A DNA stretch of 64,000 bases from Octopus vulgaris (Eukaryota). The DNA lies in assembly GCA_951406725.2 (NCBI GenBank), contig OX597817.1:9796001-9860000 (forward strand), in the 5' to 3' direction. Shown piece after piece: positions 22,923-36,232 of the stretch (within the stretch, counting starts at the first letter, position 1; each line of letters starts with the position of its first letter). The translations under genes and the position numbers were made by a program. Below the pieces are notes generated by a model, which saw only the letters and a list, made by a program, of their open reading frames with translations, did not search any database and was not told where the DNA came from.

Positions 22923-24059
22923 CTGAAAACAGAGGAGAATATTTCAAAAATTAAAACCGAAAGTTAAATGTTTGCTTTTTAAGCGTATTTAAATTGTAAT
23001 TAAATATATTTAAATTGTTTGTTTAATGTTTGTTTCTTTTTGTCATTGAGCAATGAGGTGGCTGTGAGGTCTGCTAAAAATAACAGCTAAATAATATCTT
23101 TTGGATAAATCTTTTAAATTAAACATTTATTTACATGAAAGAAAATTACTGGAGAACTTTCTAATTCTTCTAAATCATTTTCTCAAAAATTATAATGTGT
23201 TTATCGCATGTGACGTATTGTTTATCGCATTTGCATTAAACACTGTACGGAGTACTAGTTAGTACTTGATACGACTGAGACTTTTGCGGAGTCTAGAATA
23301 TGGGAAATCTGTGGAAATTCCAACCGTAAACCATTCCACGCCATTAACCTAGAAATGAAAGGAATTGTGTAGTGAAATAGGTAAAGAAGGAAGAGGTGAG
23401 AAACCGCTGTGCAGATTGGTTGCAATGTATCCAACAGGGTTAAATTGTCGCTTAAAAAGAGTTTGTGGATGATTAGAAGGTTTCAAACTTTACTAGTCTT
23501 TCATCAGATTTTAGCTATTCACTCACAGCCCCCAGGGTATATGGAAGCCCATGAATATTTGAAGTATATACAATCTCATGAAGAACTTGTAAATATTGAT
23601 TGCTTTTATCGAGTTTGAAAAACAAAATCTGTTGTTTAGCCAAAAACTCTATATTTTACTGTTGGGTTACAAAAACGGTTTTACTGAAAGAATACATTCT
23701 TCAGCTTTACCTAAATCTCTATTTATTCTGCTTCTATGTACTTCTATGTAATGTTTCTCTTAATTGATTAACACACATTGCAAATGTTTTCGCTATTATT
23801 CCACTTAGGCAGACCAATTTTGTTCCTCATGCATTGTGTATACTGTAAATAACTATAAGCTGTTGTTATCTCAGGGGACAGAAATGAATAAAGATCTCTG
23901 ATGAAAGTTTAACAAAAGTTAAAACTAGCTCGATTGTTCCATTTTGTAAACACAGTTTGGAAAACCAAACCCATGGTTTAACTATAGTATACACGTTCAA
24001 TAACAATGCAGAACATGTATTTACCAAGTACACACTCATAACTTTATAGTGTATTTATA

Positions 24060-24520
24060 ATTATCCTATGTGGGATGTGTGCTGAATACATGGTAATTGC
24101 CCCATCTTCCACAAATGATTGTCATTGCTTTGAGTTTCCTCTTTGCCAATGGCCTTTTTGACATTCCGTTTGTGATCTTTCTGATGACTACTCAGTCCCG
24201 TGTGCTTTGACGCATAGGTGGCAGGCGAAAGTTGCAGCTTCCGCTGGATTGATTGGATCATTTTATAAGATCCTGTTCCTTCTAGACCGCCATGTCTCTT
24301 TTGATCTTAAATCGACTTGCAAGCCCTTTCACACATTATATTCGTCGAATAATCCGGTCTAGGAGGAAATACGTTGCATACAGTAGAGCTTTCATAGAAC
24401 TTCAAATGGTTGGCTTACGCAAACTTGGAATGAGCACGCGGCCACACGTTTCAACTTTCAACATCTTATGTCCTTGTTGGTGTTCTAATAACAATCCCTT
24501 CGAAGCCAGGGCCTTAGGCT
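24060..24520 (-). mobile_element. Highly decayed RTE-like LINE 3' end
   Basis: Residual minus-strand peptides KALLY, TWRS and ..GLSSHQKDH resemble the RTE C-terminal region. Confidence 0.35.
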
Positions 24521-24974
24521 TTCATATATATGGGTATGTATGCATGTTTCTTGTCACTACTTATTATCGTGTTTCTCCCTATTTAAGCATCACGCAATAT
24601 AAATATTTGCGCAATACAAAGATGAATTGCTTAAGCCAGTCTAAAGCATCACTCAGATATGTTCACCCACACATTGCATAAATTTTCACACAGAATAATT
24701 TATGTACAATGTGGTTAGAAGTGAAGTGGTACAGAAACATTTGTAAATTATAATAAATTTGTTATATACATTCTTCGTCTCCTTACATGATACTCTTTGC
24801 ATTTCACCAGTGAGGTGTCTGCAGTTTTTGCCTTCTCAAAGTTATTGTAGAAGAGTGAAGATAACCAGGAGTTCGAGTTGAATTAGAAATAAAACGATCC
24901 TCAGTAAGGATCTACAACACTATGTATATATATTATATGTATATATATATGTGTGTGTATACTTATATATAATG

Positions 24975-25022
24975 ATATAAATAATATATATATATGCATA
25001 TATGCACACACATGTACATGCC

Positions 25023-25058
<36 letters not shown>

Positions 25059-25740
25059 TATATGGGTACAGGACATCAAAGAAACGTAAACAAAATGAGA
25101 AACGAGATAAGTGAGAGAGATAGAGAGGGGCGGTGAATGGGAGAGGAAGTATGGGAGAGTAAAACCACTCTTCCTTCTTCACTCTCTCGTTGTTCACACG
25201 TGACCAACGGCTATCTTCCACTTCCTTCCTAAAGACAAGACGTGTTTTTGCCTGCCTCTTCTCAAAGCTCGTTTTTCCAGCGTTCACTGTTTGTTTTTAC
25301 TGTTTTATTCTTACTGTCCTGTTTTTGTTAACACTTTAAACCTCCACAAAAAATCCTAAATTTTAATTTGCTTTGCGGGAAGGACTGTTTTAACGAAGTC
25401 ACGTCTTGTCCCTATCTTCGAAACGCGGAGTAGATGAAACAGAGGACAACTGATGAAAGGAGTGTTCTTTATGTTGCCTGTCTCGTTTCTCTATTTATTT
25501 CTTTGGTTGTTCGAAAAAAAGTTCGTTTTCTATGCTTTTGTGTTTTATGTTCTCGTTTCTCATTTTGTTCACGATATTTTGACGTCTTGTACACATATGC
25601 ATGTATATATACATATATATGGAAGTATGTACATTTGTGTGTGAATATATGCATATATATATATATATATATATTATATTAGAGATAAAACCACTATTAG
25701 GCAAATCAAACAGTGAAAGACATAAGCCAATACGTAAAAT
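24975..25740. mobile_element. Fold-back repeat with inverted arms (~24975-25107 and ~25551-25680)
   Basis: gtacaggacatcaaagaaacgtaaacaaaatgagaaacgaga pairs with tctcgtttctcattttgttcacgatattttgacgtcttgtac; the flank 25681-25730 recurs inverted at ~19815-19870. Confidence 0.75.
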
Positions 25741-25935
25741 TAATTTAAAAATATAAAAGTTAAAAATTAAAAAATTATTTAAATAATTTAAACTTATAAA
25801 TTTTAAATATATATATACAAATATATATATATATGTATGTATATTTTTATATTTATATATTATTTTATTTATTTATTTATTTATTTTTTTTATATAAATA
25901 TCAAAAGTATTAAAAGTTTAATAAAAGATAAAGAG

Positions 25936-25968
<33 letters not shown>

Positions 25969-26048
25969 ATTATTATGATCGAACGCTATGCATCCCTTTC
26001 CAAGTAAGTTTTATACTTATATGTGTGTGTGTGTATGTATACATATAA

Positions 26049-26091
<43 letters not shown>

Positions 26092-26379
26092 ATGCATTCT
26101 ATGTATATGTGCGTACGTGTGTGTGTGTGTGTAAAATTGGTGCTGAACCGCAACACATTTGTCTTCCAGCCATTTCGTTTTGTCGTTACTCGCCTATATT
26201 TGCACTGCACTTTTAATCTCTTGATATCTTAATCCTTTATACTTTACTGCAGATGATTCCATTTTGAGTTCTGCTCTTTGATCTATCAGTAATAGAAACT
26301 CTTCTGATATCCAAGATTACAATGGTGTCGTTTTTATAGCCGTCTTTATTGTCACAAACCTATCTTCTGGTGAACGTTT

Positions 26380-27350
26380 TTCCTCAATCAGAGGTTATGT
26401 CTGAAATAATAGCATACACATGATACAGACCATAAAGAAAGGATTGAAACCAAAATAGAAAGAAACATCAAAGACTCATAGGTAAAGTGTTTGGTAATCT
26501 ACAAAGCACTCTCAAGATATGGAAAGAATAACGAGAAAGTCTATATCTGGACCAGTATATCTCGCTACCAGCGGAAATCAATCTCAATTCTGACTCGAGT
26601 CAGTTGTAAGAAATGCTATTAGAAAACAGCCCACAAAAAAGAGAACTTCTAGAATTGACGATTTACCTGCAGAACTAATTAGACCGAACCATCCGTTTGT
26701 GAATCACCGTCATACAAGGCTAGATCAGTAATTATTCCAATGCCGAAAGACTCATGATCCACCAAAGTCATCAATCAGTGCAAATAATGCAAAATCCTTC
26801 GATGTGTCTTACTACAGAGATCACGGACTGGATATTTAACCTAAAGACTTTCACTCAAAAAGTTCAAAAATTCAATATCCCACTGTGCTTAACTTTCATG
26901 TACTACAACAAGTCATTCGACTCAAAACGACATAAAGCCCTTTGGCCTGTATTAAAATGGATGGGTGTGAATACTAGAGCTGTACCCTGGTTAGAAATCT
27001 CTACAGGAACCAACTGTCAGAGTGGAAAAGGATTACAGAATGGACAAGAATCACCCCCAGGGGAAAGAGCATCAATAATCTACAATTTGATATGGTATAG
27101 TCTTTAATTGCAACATCACCAAAGGCGCTACAATGGTTACTAGACAAGGTGTGAAGTGTATCAAGTGGATAATGCCCGGAAATTAATACAAAGAAGATTA
27201 AAGACATGGCATTGACAAAAACAGTAGAGCAACTCAACGGCCTCTTCTAAAGAGTTACTTTAGAATAAGTCACCAGGTTCAAATATCTGAGTGTCATTAT
27301 AGACCAATCAAGAAACGGAGACCATGAAATAAGAATACGGCTCGGGGTAA
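26380..27350 (+). mobile_element. Ancient RTE-like RT relic
   Basis: IFNLKTFTQKVQKFNIPLCLTFMYYNKSFDSKRHKALW resembles the RT segment IFxLR..EK..EFNxPL...FIDYxKAFDSVxH..LW; FKYL occurs downstream. Confidence 0.65.
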
Positions 27351-28949
27351 TGTTCCTATTACTATTATTTTAATTGTTGTTGTTTATCTCAGACCAAGCA
27401 GACTTGTGATCGAACCAATTCCAAAGATTACTCTCCAAAAACAAATCATTTATTTAAAACAGTAGGGTTTGATTCGAGGGTGATTTGGTAGCTATTTCTA
27501 ATTACCGAACAGCTACGTAGAAGTGAATACGCCAGTTCGTACTTTAGTAACCACGTTCATAAGGGTGAAGAAGTGGGAAATTTCTTTCATGAGTATACGT
27601 CATGAGTTCAAAATCTTCTTGAGTTACCTTTGTTTTGAATCTAGTACATGTAGCAAAATATGTACCTGTAATTAATGTAGGGGACATTGTATGGTTGTAC
27701 CCTTTTCATCAAAAGGAATGAAATTCACCTCATGATGATAGTTATTAAATTTTCTTTCATGGCTATTATATTATATATATTTTTATAATATAGAAGGAAC
27801 CAACGAAAAGTGATTATATATATCTAAGTATGAGCTGATGGTACTAATAAACGATAAAATCCATCATCCAGAAAAGTTGGCGAAGGTTTACGTCACCAAC
27901 AAAGAGAAAGGGGTAAGTTATCCTCAGATCGACGAAATGATCCAAACGCTTGCAATAGAAAAAGGTTCACTGAAGGCAGCCAACGTCCAAGTGGTGGTGT
28001 TAAACAGGGTGACGAATTATGCCTGTCATCCAAGTGGGCAATAGCAGGATTTGTATTCAGAAAAGAAAGGGCCAGAACAAAAACCTCACGGTATCTACTC
28101 CGAAGTTCTTATAGGTCTGCCACTCTAACACCCAGAATGGGCACTATTTTATCCACTCCGAAAGGACGAAAGTTATAATGTCCTCGGCAGAATTTGAACT
28201 CAGAGCAGACAGTCTAAACAAATACTCGTGTAGCATCTGTCATGGAATCTAATGACTAACAATTCGCTGCATAATTATTCAGTAGAAAAGCTCGTATGAA
28301 AGTTCTATGACGTCAATACTATGATGAGTGTATATTCTAACTTTTCCAACATTTAGCCTTCATTTGAGTGCAAGGATGACAGAGGGCAGACAAAGATGTG
28401 GCGTTCGTTATATTGCTGCCATAGCGGAAACAACCTTTGACGATCAAATGACGGAAAACAGATTAATAGTGGAAGTAGAGTCCACAGTAATCCATTGGTA
28501 GGAGAAGTGCAGCCGGAGGGTAAACTGTCCAAAAGAGAATCCGTAAAGAGTAGAAAGGTAGAAGGTCCAATGGAGAAGTTCGTGGGTGATAAGAGGTGAC
28601 AGGATCAACTGGTGCGACCACGTGAGCGTATTATATACGGGGAGGGTGGAAGTACATGATCTCTTCCTCATCTGGAATTGACAATACCCCAAGCCGCATT
28701 TTATCGCCACATTACCTACACTGGTCCAATGTATACAAATTTAGAAGCAAAACCGGCATCCAAGACCAACATCATAATAATAAACATTAGGTGGAACAAG
28801 ATAATGATCTTCCCTCTCTAGCCATCTGAAGAAACCTTCAAACGATTACGTACCAGAAACAGTAGTCAAATCCCCTTCAAATCACACCTTGCCGACAGTT
28901 CAATCTGGAGTATATTGGTAGTAATTATATTCCTCTTACCACTCCTAAT

Positions 28950-29316
28950 CATTATCATCATCATCATCATCATCATCATTGACAATTATAACAGTATGAA
29001 TAGTCTTAACAAGTATATTTAACATCATCATTAGTATTAATAATTGTTATTGACACTATCAGGAAAATGAAGAATAACAACAACAACTAACACCACCTCA
29101 ACCACACCTGCCATCAACACCTGCGGCAACTGCAGCAGCAACTCCATATCACCAGCACATCATTAACTCCTTTATTATTATCACAAGCAGCAAAAAAATA
29201 TTCGAAAAACTAACAACAAAACACCAAAACCCATCACAACTGGAGCATTATTATCCTCATTTCTCCATCAACCAAGAAAAATATATTAGTTTTCACATGA
29301 AAGAACTATTCCTGCA

Positions 29317-29352
<36 letters not shown>

Positions 29353-29380
29353 AATAATAATAATAATAATAATAATAATG
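28950..29380. repeat. (CAT)n/(AAC)n/(AAT)n trinucleotide cluster
   Basis: Directly visible. Confidence 0.85.
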
Positions 29381-29954
29381 ATATTCCCTTATCGGCATAA
29401 AGAATTGAAACCCAGTTTTCATCGCTGTCCAGGGCAGTGGGACATTTATAATTGCCGTGTGTTTCGCTGCAGAGCAGACTATCAATAAATGCAATCATTA
29501 GTAATCAATAATCGATTAGACATGCAAGAGGAAAAGAGGAAATGTAACAGAATAGTATAGCTCTAGGGAACGCACACGGTTTTGTTTCAGTGTTACCATT
29601 AGTTTGGGATTCGGTGTGCATGCGTGACGCATGACTATGATTCACTACATACATATGTGTGTAAACCTGGGACTTATGATACATCATATGAGTTTGCCAA
29701 CCGTGTATAGTGTATACATACATACATACATACATACATACATACATTCTCAGTTTTATATATATAGAGATACCCGCGCTTCTATGTGTCTATTTCTGTC
29801 TACTACATTTTTACAATGGTGTAATGAGAATGCATTTGTGCGTTTTATGGATATATGTATGCTTGTATGTCTTACTACTTAAATTACGTATGCGCATTAC
29901 AAATGCATATACATATGCATATATGCATATATATATATATATATATATAATACG

Positions 29955-30125
29955 TACGGCGTGGTTGCGTGGTAAGAAGCTAGCTTCCCAACCACATGGT
30001 ACCGGGTTCAGTTCCACTGCGTAGAATAAGTGCTAGGCTTACAAAGAATAAGTTCTGGGGTCGATTTGTTCGACTAAAGGTGGTGCTCCAGTATGGCAAC
30101 ATTCAAATGGCTGAAACAAGCAAAA
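29955..30125 (+). mobile_element. SINE family B, internally deleted (head joined to 3' part)
   Basis: Head ..gggttcagttccactgcgt is fused directly to agaataagtgctaggcttacaaagaataag. Confidence 0.8.
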
Positions 30126-30171
30126 AAATAAAAGAAGAATAGATATATATATACACGCATTTGTGTATACA

Positions 30172-30207
<36 letters not shown>

Positions 30208-30231
30208 TATATATGCGCGCGCACACACACA

Positions 30232-30955
30232 CAAATAATTAGAAAATGGAGGAAACCTCAAATTAACAAACAACACGTCGATTGGACCACATTTATAGTT
30301 TATTTTTTAATACAAAGCATGACATAACAAATAGTTGACAATCAAATCTTACGGCCGTTTCTGTATCCATTGCCAAACGCTGTCTATAAATAATTGCGAA
30401 AATATAAGTCTTTATCTTCATGGGATATTCAAATTAAGGTACGGAGCTTCATCAGGGTAAAAAACAAGTCCATCCAGTATAAACAAAGGGAAGAAGGAAT
30501 AGGAAAAACAACATAGCCTAGAAAAGAAGTGTAGAAGTCCAATACATTAGAAGCATATAATCTACTATCTAGGGGCTACGAGTTCCTGTTTTACCTACAG
30601 ACCCTGTAGCCCCAAGATGGTAGATTATATATTTTTTAATATATTGGGCTTCTAGACTCCTTTTGTAGGCCATATTTTCTTTCCTATTCCTTCTTCCTTT
30701 TGTTTACACTGTATGCTCTTTTTTTCAGTCTGATAAAGCTCTGTGTCTTAATTCGAATGCCCTATGAAGATGAAGAATTTTATCTTCGCAATTATTTATA
30801 GACAGCGTTTGGCAACGGATACAGAAACGGCCGTAAGATTTGTTACGTCATCTATTTGTTATGTCATGCTTTGTATTAAAAAATAAACTATAAATGTGGT
30901 CCAATCGACGTGTTGTTTGTTAATCTGAGGCTTTCTCCATTTTCTGATTATTTGT
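30232..30955. mobile_element. ~720-bp fold-back element (two ~360-bp inverted arms, centre ~30590) with hammerhead-like motifs
   Basis: Arms are reverse complements along their whole length; read outward, each has ctgat(g/a)a...gaaacggccgta and then aataaa. Confidence 0.88.
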
Positions 30956-31125
30956 ATTTGTTTCCTGATAAACTCTTATTTATCCTGTTGTAACCTACAC
31001 TCCACGTGCATAGTGTGCTTGCACACTAATGCTCGGGGATAACACGGATAATGGATACCGATAGTACATACAGATATTTTATCCCTTAGTCGGTTTTTAT
31101 AACCGCTAACTCTGTTTACTCTGTA

Positions 31126-31158
<33 letters not shown>

Positions 31159-31171
31159 ATATATATATGTG

Positions 31172-31455
31172 AGGTATACTTGCCATCTCAATATGGCTAA
31201 CCACTAAGGGTGGGTGTTACTGTAGCTTGTAGCCCCAGGAGAACATCATCTCCAGCTGGCTTTAGGCACACTTACTGTGCCCTAATGGTATTTGCAAAGG
31301 GAGGTCATCCTTCCCTCGTCAACCTAAGTGATACGCACGGACTGCAGTTTCTGGGTCTTGGCCCGTCATCGGCGTGCGACAATCACCGGTTTTCGATGAG
31401 AAGGGGTCCCAATGCAAATAATATTATACTTTTTCCAGTAACTCTACGTCCCTGA
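31172..31455 (-). mobile_element. ~280-bp repeat carrying a hammerhead motif (Penelope/retrozyme-like, non-autonomous)
   Basis: GC-rich island between microsatellites; contains the motif at 31334-31378; its 3' end recurs at 36042-36087. Confidence 0.65.
31334..31378 (-). ncRNA. Type I hammerhead ribozyme motif (U4C core variant)
   Basis: Minus strand: cgcacg CCGATGA cggg-ccaaga-ccca GAAA c-tgca-g TC cgtgcg; perfect 6-bp helix I, palindromic helix III, GUC cleavage triplet. Confidence 0.75.
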
Positions 31456-32499
31456 AATTTATTATATATATATATTTATATAAATATATATATATTATCT
31501 ATATATATATATATATGTAGAGAGAGAGAGATATGCTTGTGTTTATGTATGTATATACACACACACACACATATATATGTAATATATAATATACATATAT
31601 ATATATATATTATATACATAATATATATATATATACATACACATACACACACATTCACATACTCTCACACGAATATGCACTACACGCACACACATACACA
31701 CACAAACACACACATATATTAACATGAATATTTTAAAAAGTCGACACGAAAGCCTTTTTAATGAGTTTCTATTAAGTCACATGTACTTTCTAACACTCTA
31801 GATTGAATTGATGGCGAAACGAAGCAGAGGATATATATATTAATATTCGTAAACTATGTGCTATGTTAAGATAGCCCTGAGCTTCCTCTAACATTAGCAG
31901 TTTGAGTTGTATATTAGTTACGGGGGAATTAATATTGAGGCAATGTAGTTCACTATTCCGTTAAAATTTTCTTGTTAATGCATCGATAGATAGAACTCTA
32001 GAGAGTGCACTTCACTCATGAATGTCGCTGTGTATTACATTGCAATTACTTCAATGTGGGTGATGTAGAAGTTAGAAGCATTTTGAATTGTCGTTGAGGC
32101 AACGGTACTAAAGAGTTGTCGTGTATGTGTAAGTGTATGGTACGAATCGAGGAAAATGACGCTTAAATATTTAGAGAGTATAATCACACACAATTAAACA
32201 TATGTGTCTGTATCTGCAACTATATTAATGCATACATCTACGTATATGTGCATTTTTAAATGCATGGGTATACGAAGTAATAATTTCTGATATAGGTACA
32301 AAGTCAGAAATGTGAGGCGAGGGAACTGACGATCCAAGTATCGATCTGATTGGTAGTATATTTTATCAATTTTAATAAGGTGGAAGATAAAGTCAACCCA
32401 GAACGAATCTATATTAGTAAGTAATATTGTGTAATAATAGTAGGGGCCGTGGAATTTCCGCGTTTTATAAATTTTCATAAATTTACATTGAAGACTAAG

Positions 32500-32695
32500 G
32501 CTCCGAGCTGCCAAGATCGTTAGCAGCTGGACAAAATAGTTTCCGCTCTACGTTCCGACTTCAAAAGCCCCCCCAGGTCGATTTTCATATTTTCGAAAAT
32601 GATAAAATAAGTACTTTTGAGTACCGGGGTCGATGTAAACGACTAATCATCTCCCAACAAATTTCAAGCCTTGTGTCCATAGCAGAAGAGGTATT
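32500..32695 (+). mobile_element. SINE family A, diverged
   Basis: gagctgccaagatcgttagc... and gataaaataagtac...ggggtcgatgtaaacgactaa match family A. Confidence 0.65.
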
Positions 32696-34346
32696 TATTT
32701 TGAAGCATGGTTTATGCGAGAGTTTCGCAGCATTGCTCTCATTATGTTAAATGTTACGGATATTTCGTTACATAGTTAAGTACATTTATAGCATTACACA
32801 CATAGCAACAAAGGAAATTATATTATAGATAATAAAATGTATAATAAATAAATAAAATTTCTACGGGTGAATCATACGTACTTACTCGAAGCACAGTACT
32901 ATCAAAACCAAATTCTTATTCACAAATATTTAAAGTAGCAGAAATTATAAAAAACAAAAGAGCACTATCACTTTGAGAAATGCCTGTTTTTTTGTAGCAT
33001 GCTCATAGTCTTAAACTTAATGATGGGTTATGAACGCAAGAGAGTATCATAAATTTAAGGTCAGTTAATAGAGATTATATTTAAATAATACTTGAAAGCA
33101 ATAAACGAATTTAACAGTTATTTCAGAACTAACATTTTATCAAACATAACGTAATAACTGATTAAAAGAATAGCTTTTAATAGATAAAATGTGAGAAATG
33201 AAGTAACACCAAATGAAAACATTTTATTGCCACAGTTTAATGGAATTTTGGATATAATTTCTATACGTAGAAAGTATAAAATTTGAACTTTCTTAGACAA
33301 GTCAATGATCTATTTAAAGTAAGCACATCTTGTAAAATAACTATTAAGTTAAACCATCATATTTGCTTTAAAATATGTTTGAAGCAATAACTAAACCAAC
33401 GCGAAACAGATAATGTCACGAGAAGTTATAGATATTATCAAACATTCATATTTCTTTTAACAATAACTACCTTACGCTTACAATGAAGAACAACAATCAA
33501 TTTAAGAGAAATAATAACTTTCCAATAACTTTTTCTAATAGATAAAACACTATTTTTAATAGAATACTATAACGGAAACCATTTAATCGCTTTACAAGAT
33601 GTAACACTAATACATTACATAAATTTCATTATGGAGAAAATCACTTGAAAGCCTAGCTTATATTATAACTTTAATCAAATAAGACATCTTAGGAACCACG
33701 CATTTATTAATACGAGTTTAGTAAATTACAGTCAATCGTAACATAAAATATTTGAATAAATTCAGGAGCGTAAACGATCAAAGTATAAATCATTTTCTAT
33801 CTTCCATGGTATTTTAGATGTTGTACGTGGTAAACTTCTGCCTAATAATCATGGACGAGTGTCATTCTAAGTTCTCCAAGAGTTATCTGATATATATTTG
33901 ATGCTAGCCACGAAAGATGTAACTTGAAAGATGATGCTAACTGAAGCGTTTCTTTGGAGGATGTTGCAATTTCGCAGACGATGCTAAATCCATCTATCCG
34001 TCCGTCCGTCCGTCTGTCTGTCCGTCTGTCTGTCTGTCTGTTTGTCTGTCACACAAGTATATGTGTGTATGTATATGTTTATATATAGTTCACAGATGAG
34101 ATCCAGAGGTTTTCCGTACATAAGACACTTTGTAATGCTCAAAAGAATCAAACTTGGACTCCGATGTCTTTACAGAGGGTCATTCCACAAGGTAAAGAAA
34201 GGCTATAAGAGGGATCAAGTCCAGCGGGTATTGAGGCAATAAACAAATTAGATACATCAAATATATTAATGTTTCTTTATCAGCATAACTGCCTCTATAT
34301 ATTCACATGTGTGCGTGTGTGTTTGCGTGCGTTGGTGCGTGCGTGC

Positions 34347-34388
<42 letters not shown>

Positions 34389-34389
34389 A

Positions 34390-34560
34390 TGCGCGGGTGT
34401 GGCTGAGTGGTATTAAGTACGCTTCCACACCACATGGTTCCGGGTTCAGTCCCACTACCTGTCACCTTGGGCAGGTGTCTTCTGCTATTGCCGCTGGCAA
34501 GCAATAGCCTTATGAGTAGATTTGTTAAACGGAAACTGAAAGAACTTTATCGTGTTTTCT

Positions 34561-34613
<53 letters not shown>

Positions 34614-34830
34614 GTGTGTTGTGTGTATGTGTGTGTACGTGTAACTATATATGTCTTTGTGTTTGCATTTGTTACCTATCACTGCTTAACAAACGGTACT
34701 TATTTGTTTATGTCCCTGTAACCTAGCAGTTAAGCAAGAGAGAGCGATAGAATAAGTATCAAGCTTTAAAAATAAGTACTGGGACCGATTTGTTCGACTA
34801 AAGACTCAAGACGGTACCCCAGCATGGCAA
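34390..34830 (+). mobile_element. SINE family B, diverged, with internal (TG)n
   Basis: ccacatggttccgggttcagtcccact..accttgggcag.tgtcttct; 3' part gatttgttcgactaaa..ccccagcatggc. Confidence 0.82.
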
Positions 34831-34989
34831 ATGCAATGGAGAGCATAAATATTAAAGCTGCAGCTGAGAAAAAGTTAGCTGACATGGAGGACTAGAAACC
34901 ATCTAAGTATTAGAAAAGAATTACCTATATCATGAAGATTCTTGCCGGATATGAAAGTACCGGTAAAATGACTGCTGCTCAGTACACTG

Positions 34990-35530
34990 TGAACAATGTA
35001 AATGCTGCAAGGCGTGACGTAGACATCCTGAAAACCCAAAATGTGATGGTCTTTGAATGTGTCTCCAATGAGCGTGACGTCATGCCGTCCCACATCTTTG
35101 AACAGGTCCTTAGGCACATTTCAGACGTGTACGTGAAACGGATGGAGACTGGTCAAACCGTGCCTGGAGAGGATTGCTACAGAAGATCTATGTGTGGCAG
35201 CAGGATCTGGCTCCTTGTTATACCTCCAGGAAAAGTCAGCTCTGGTTGTCGGATTATTTCCTGCGATTTCACCAGCCCCGAATTCCGGCCTCCTAATTCT
35301 CTCGACTTTTAAAAAATCCCATGGACATCTACACGTGAGGAGCAGTCGAGAAAGAATATTTCCTCTCCAACCGTCCTGCCTGATACACCAAGTCCGAGCT
35401 AGCGGCCATGATCGATAAGCCGTTCGAAGACATTCCCGGGGACCCACTGAGGAAGGCATGCGCCAGGTTCTGGAGCTGATTGAAGTCGTAAAGGAATCTA
35501 AGGGTGGTTATTTGAGTAAACTAGTATCTT
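34990..35530 (+). mobile_element. Decayed Tc1/mariner-superfamily (maT/DD37D-like) transposase fragment
   Basis: Frameshifted peptides VMVF..VS...DVMPSHIFEQ.LR, WQQD.APC.TS.KSQ and DFTSP.F.PPNS.D. Confidence 0.65.
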
Positions 35531-35649
35531 CCAGGCATAATCTAGTTGACAGTTTTTGATTGTTTAAAATACTTTTATTTTGGATGGGATATTGTGGTTT
35601 CTCTTCATTTTATGCAAGTGTGTGTGTATGTAAAATGCTATATATTACA

Positions 35650-36232
35650 GGCACAAGGACTGTATTTTAGGGGTGCGGTATTATACGATTTCATCGAGTC
35701 CTTTTCTCAAGTGTACTTAGTTACTGTGTTCAAAAGAAAGAAAGCAAAATCGACATCGGGAGAATTTGAAATCTTTATATATAAAAGAGAGGTTGTGTGC
35801 TGTCTGTCTCCTACGATTTAGATTCCTAACTACTCCCACATTTTGCGGTGCAGTTTAACCAAAAGCGGGTATCTTATAGTCGTGATTCATATCGAGCCCT
35901 TCTGGGTATTAGCGCGCGTCTACGATGAGTCTACGATTTAAAAAAAATTTACCATCAATTTTTCCCATTTTTTAATGCATTTTTGGCATATATAAGGGAA
36001 GTAACTCTCTAAAAATTTATTATTAAATCTCAGAACGTAAAAAGCTACAGTAACACCCCCCTTTGTGGTTAGCCATATTGAGATGGCTATTATACTTTAC
36101 ATCTCTAAAAATGCTTATATAGTTATTTCCCTTACAAACCCGAGCAACGCCGGGCGATACTGCTAGTCAGAACATAAACCCAGAAGAAACGACACCAAGT
36201 ATTTTTGTCCTGTATGGTGACGATTCTGCCAG
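35650..36232 (-). mobile_element. SINE family A, split by the Helitron
   Basis: Left part ends ggagaatttgaaa and right part resumes tcagaacataaa; together they rebuild the family segment ggaatttgaactcagaacgta. Confidence 0.7.
35772..36166 (+). mobile_element. Non-autonomous Helitron (395 bp)
   Basis: 5' TC (tctttatatataaaag), subterminal hairpin cccgagcaacgccggg, 3' CTAG, inserted between A and T with no TSD. Confidence 0.88.

Noticed and set aside
23470-23512. Minus-strand ctgatga...gaaac motif
   Set aside because: No helix I or III pairing and no properly placed cleavage triplet; likely chance.
23893-23936. ctgatga followed by a short hairpin
   Set aside because: The GAAA core is absent (aaaac) and helix I does not pair.
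28385-28760. Higher-GC island, possibly an old LINE 3' end
   Set aside because: No diagnostic motif could be read with confidence.
30411-30775. Single-strand ADAR hyper-editing footprint in the hairpin
   Set aside because: G.U and A.C mismatches are about equal on the plus strand; one-polarity A-to-I editing would give a strong bias.
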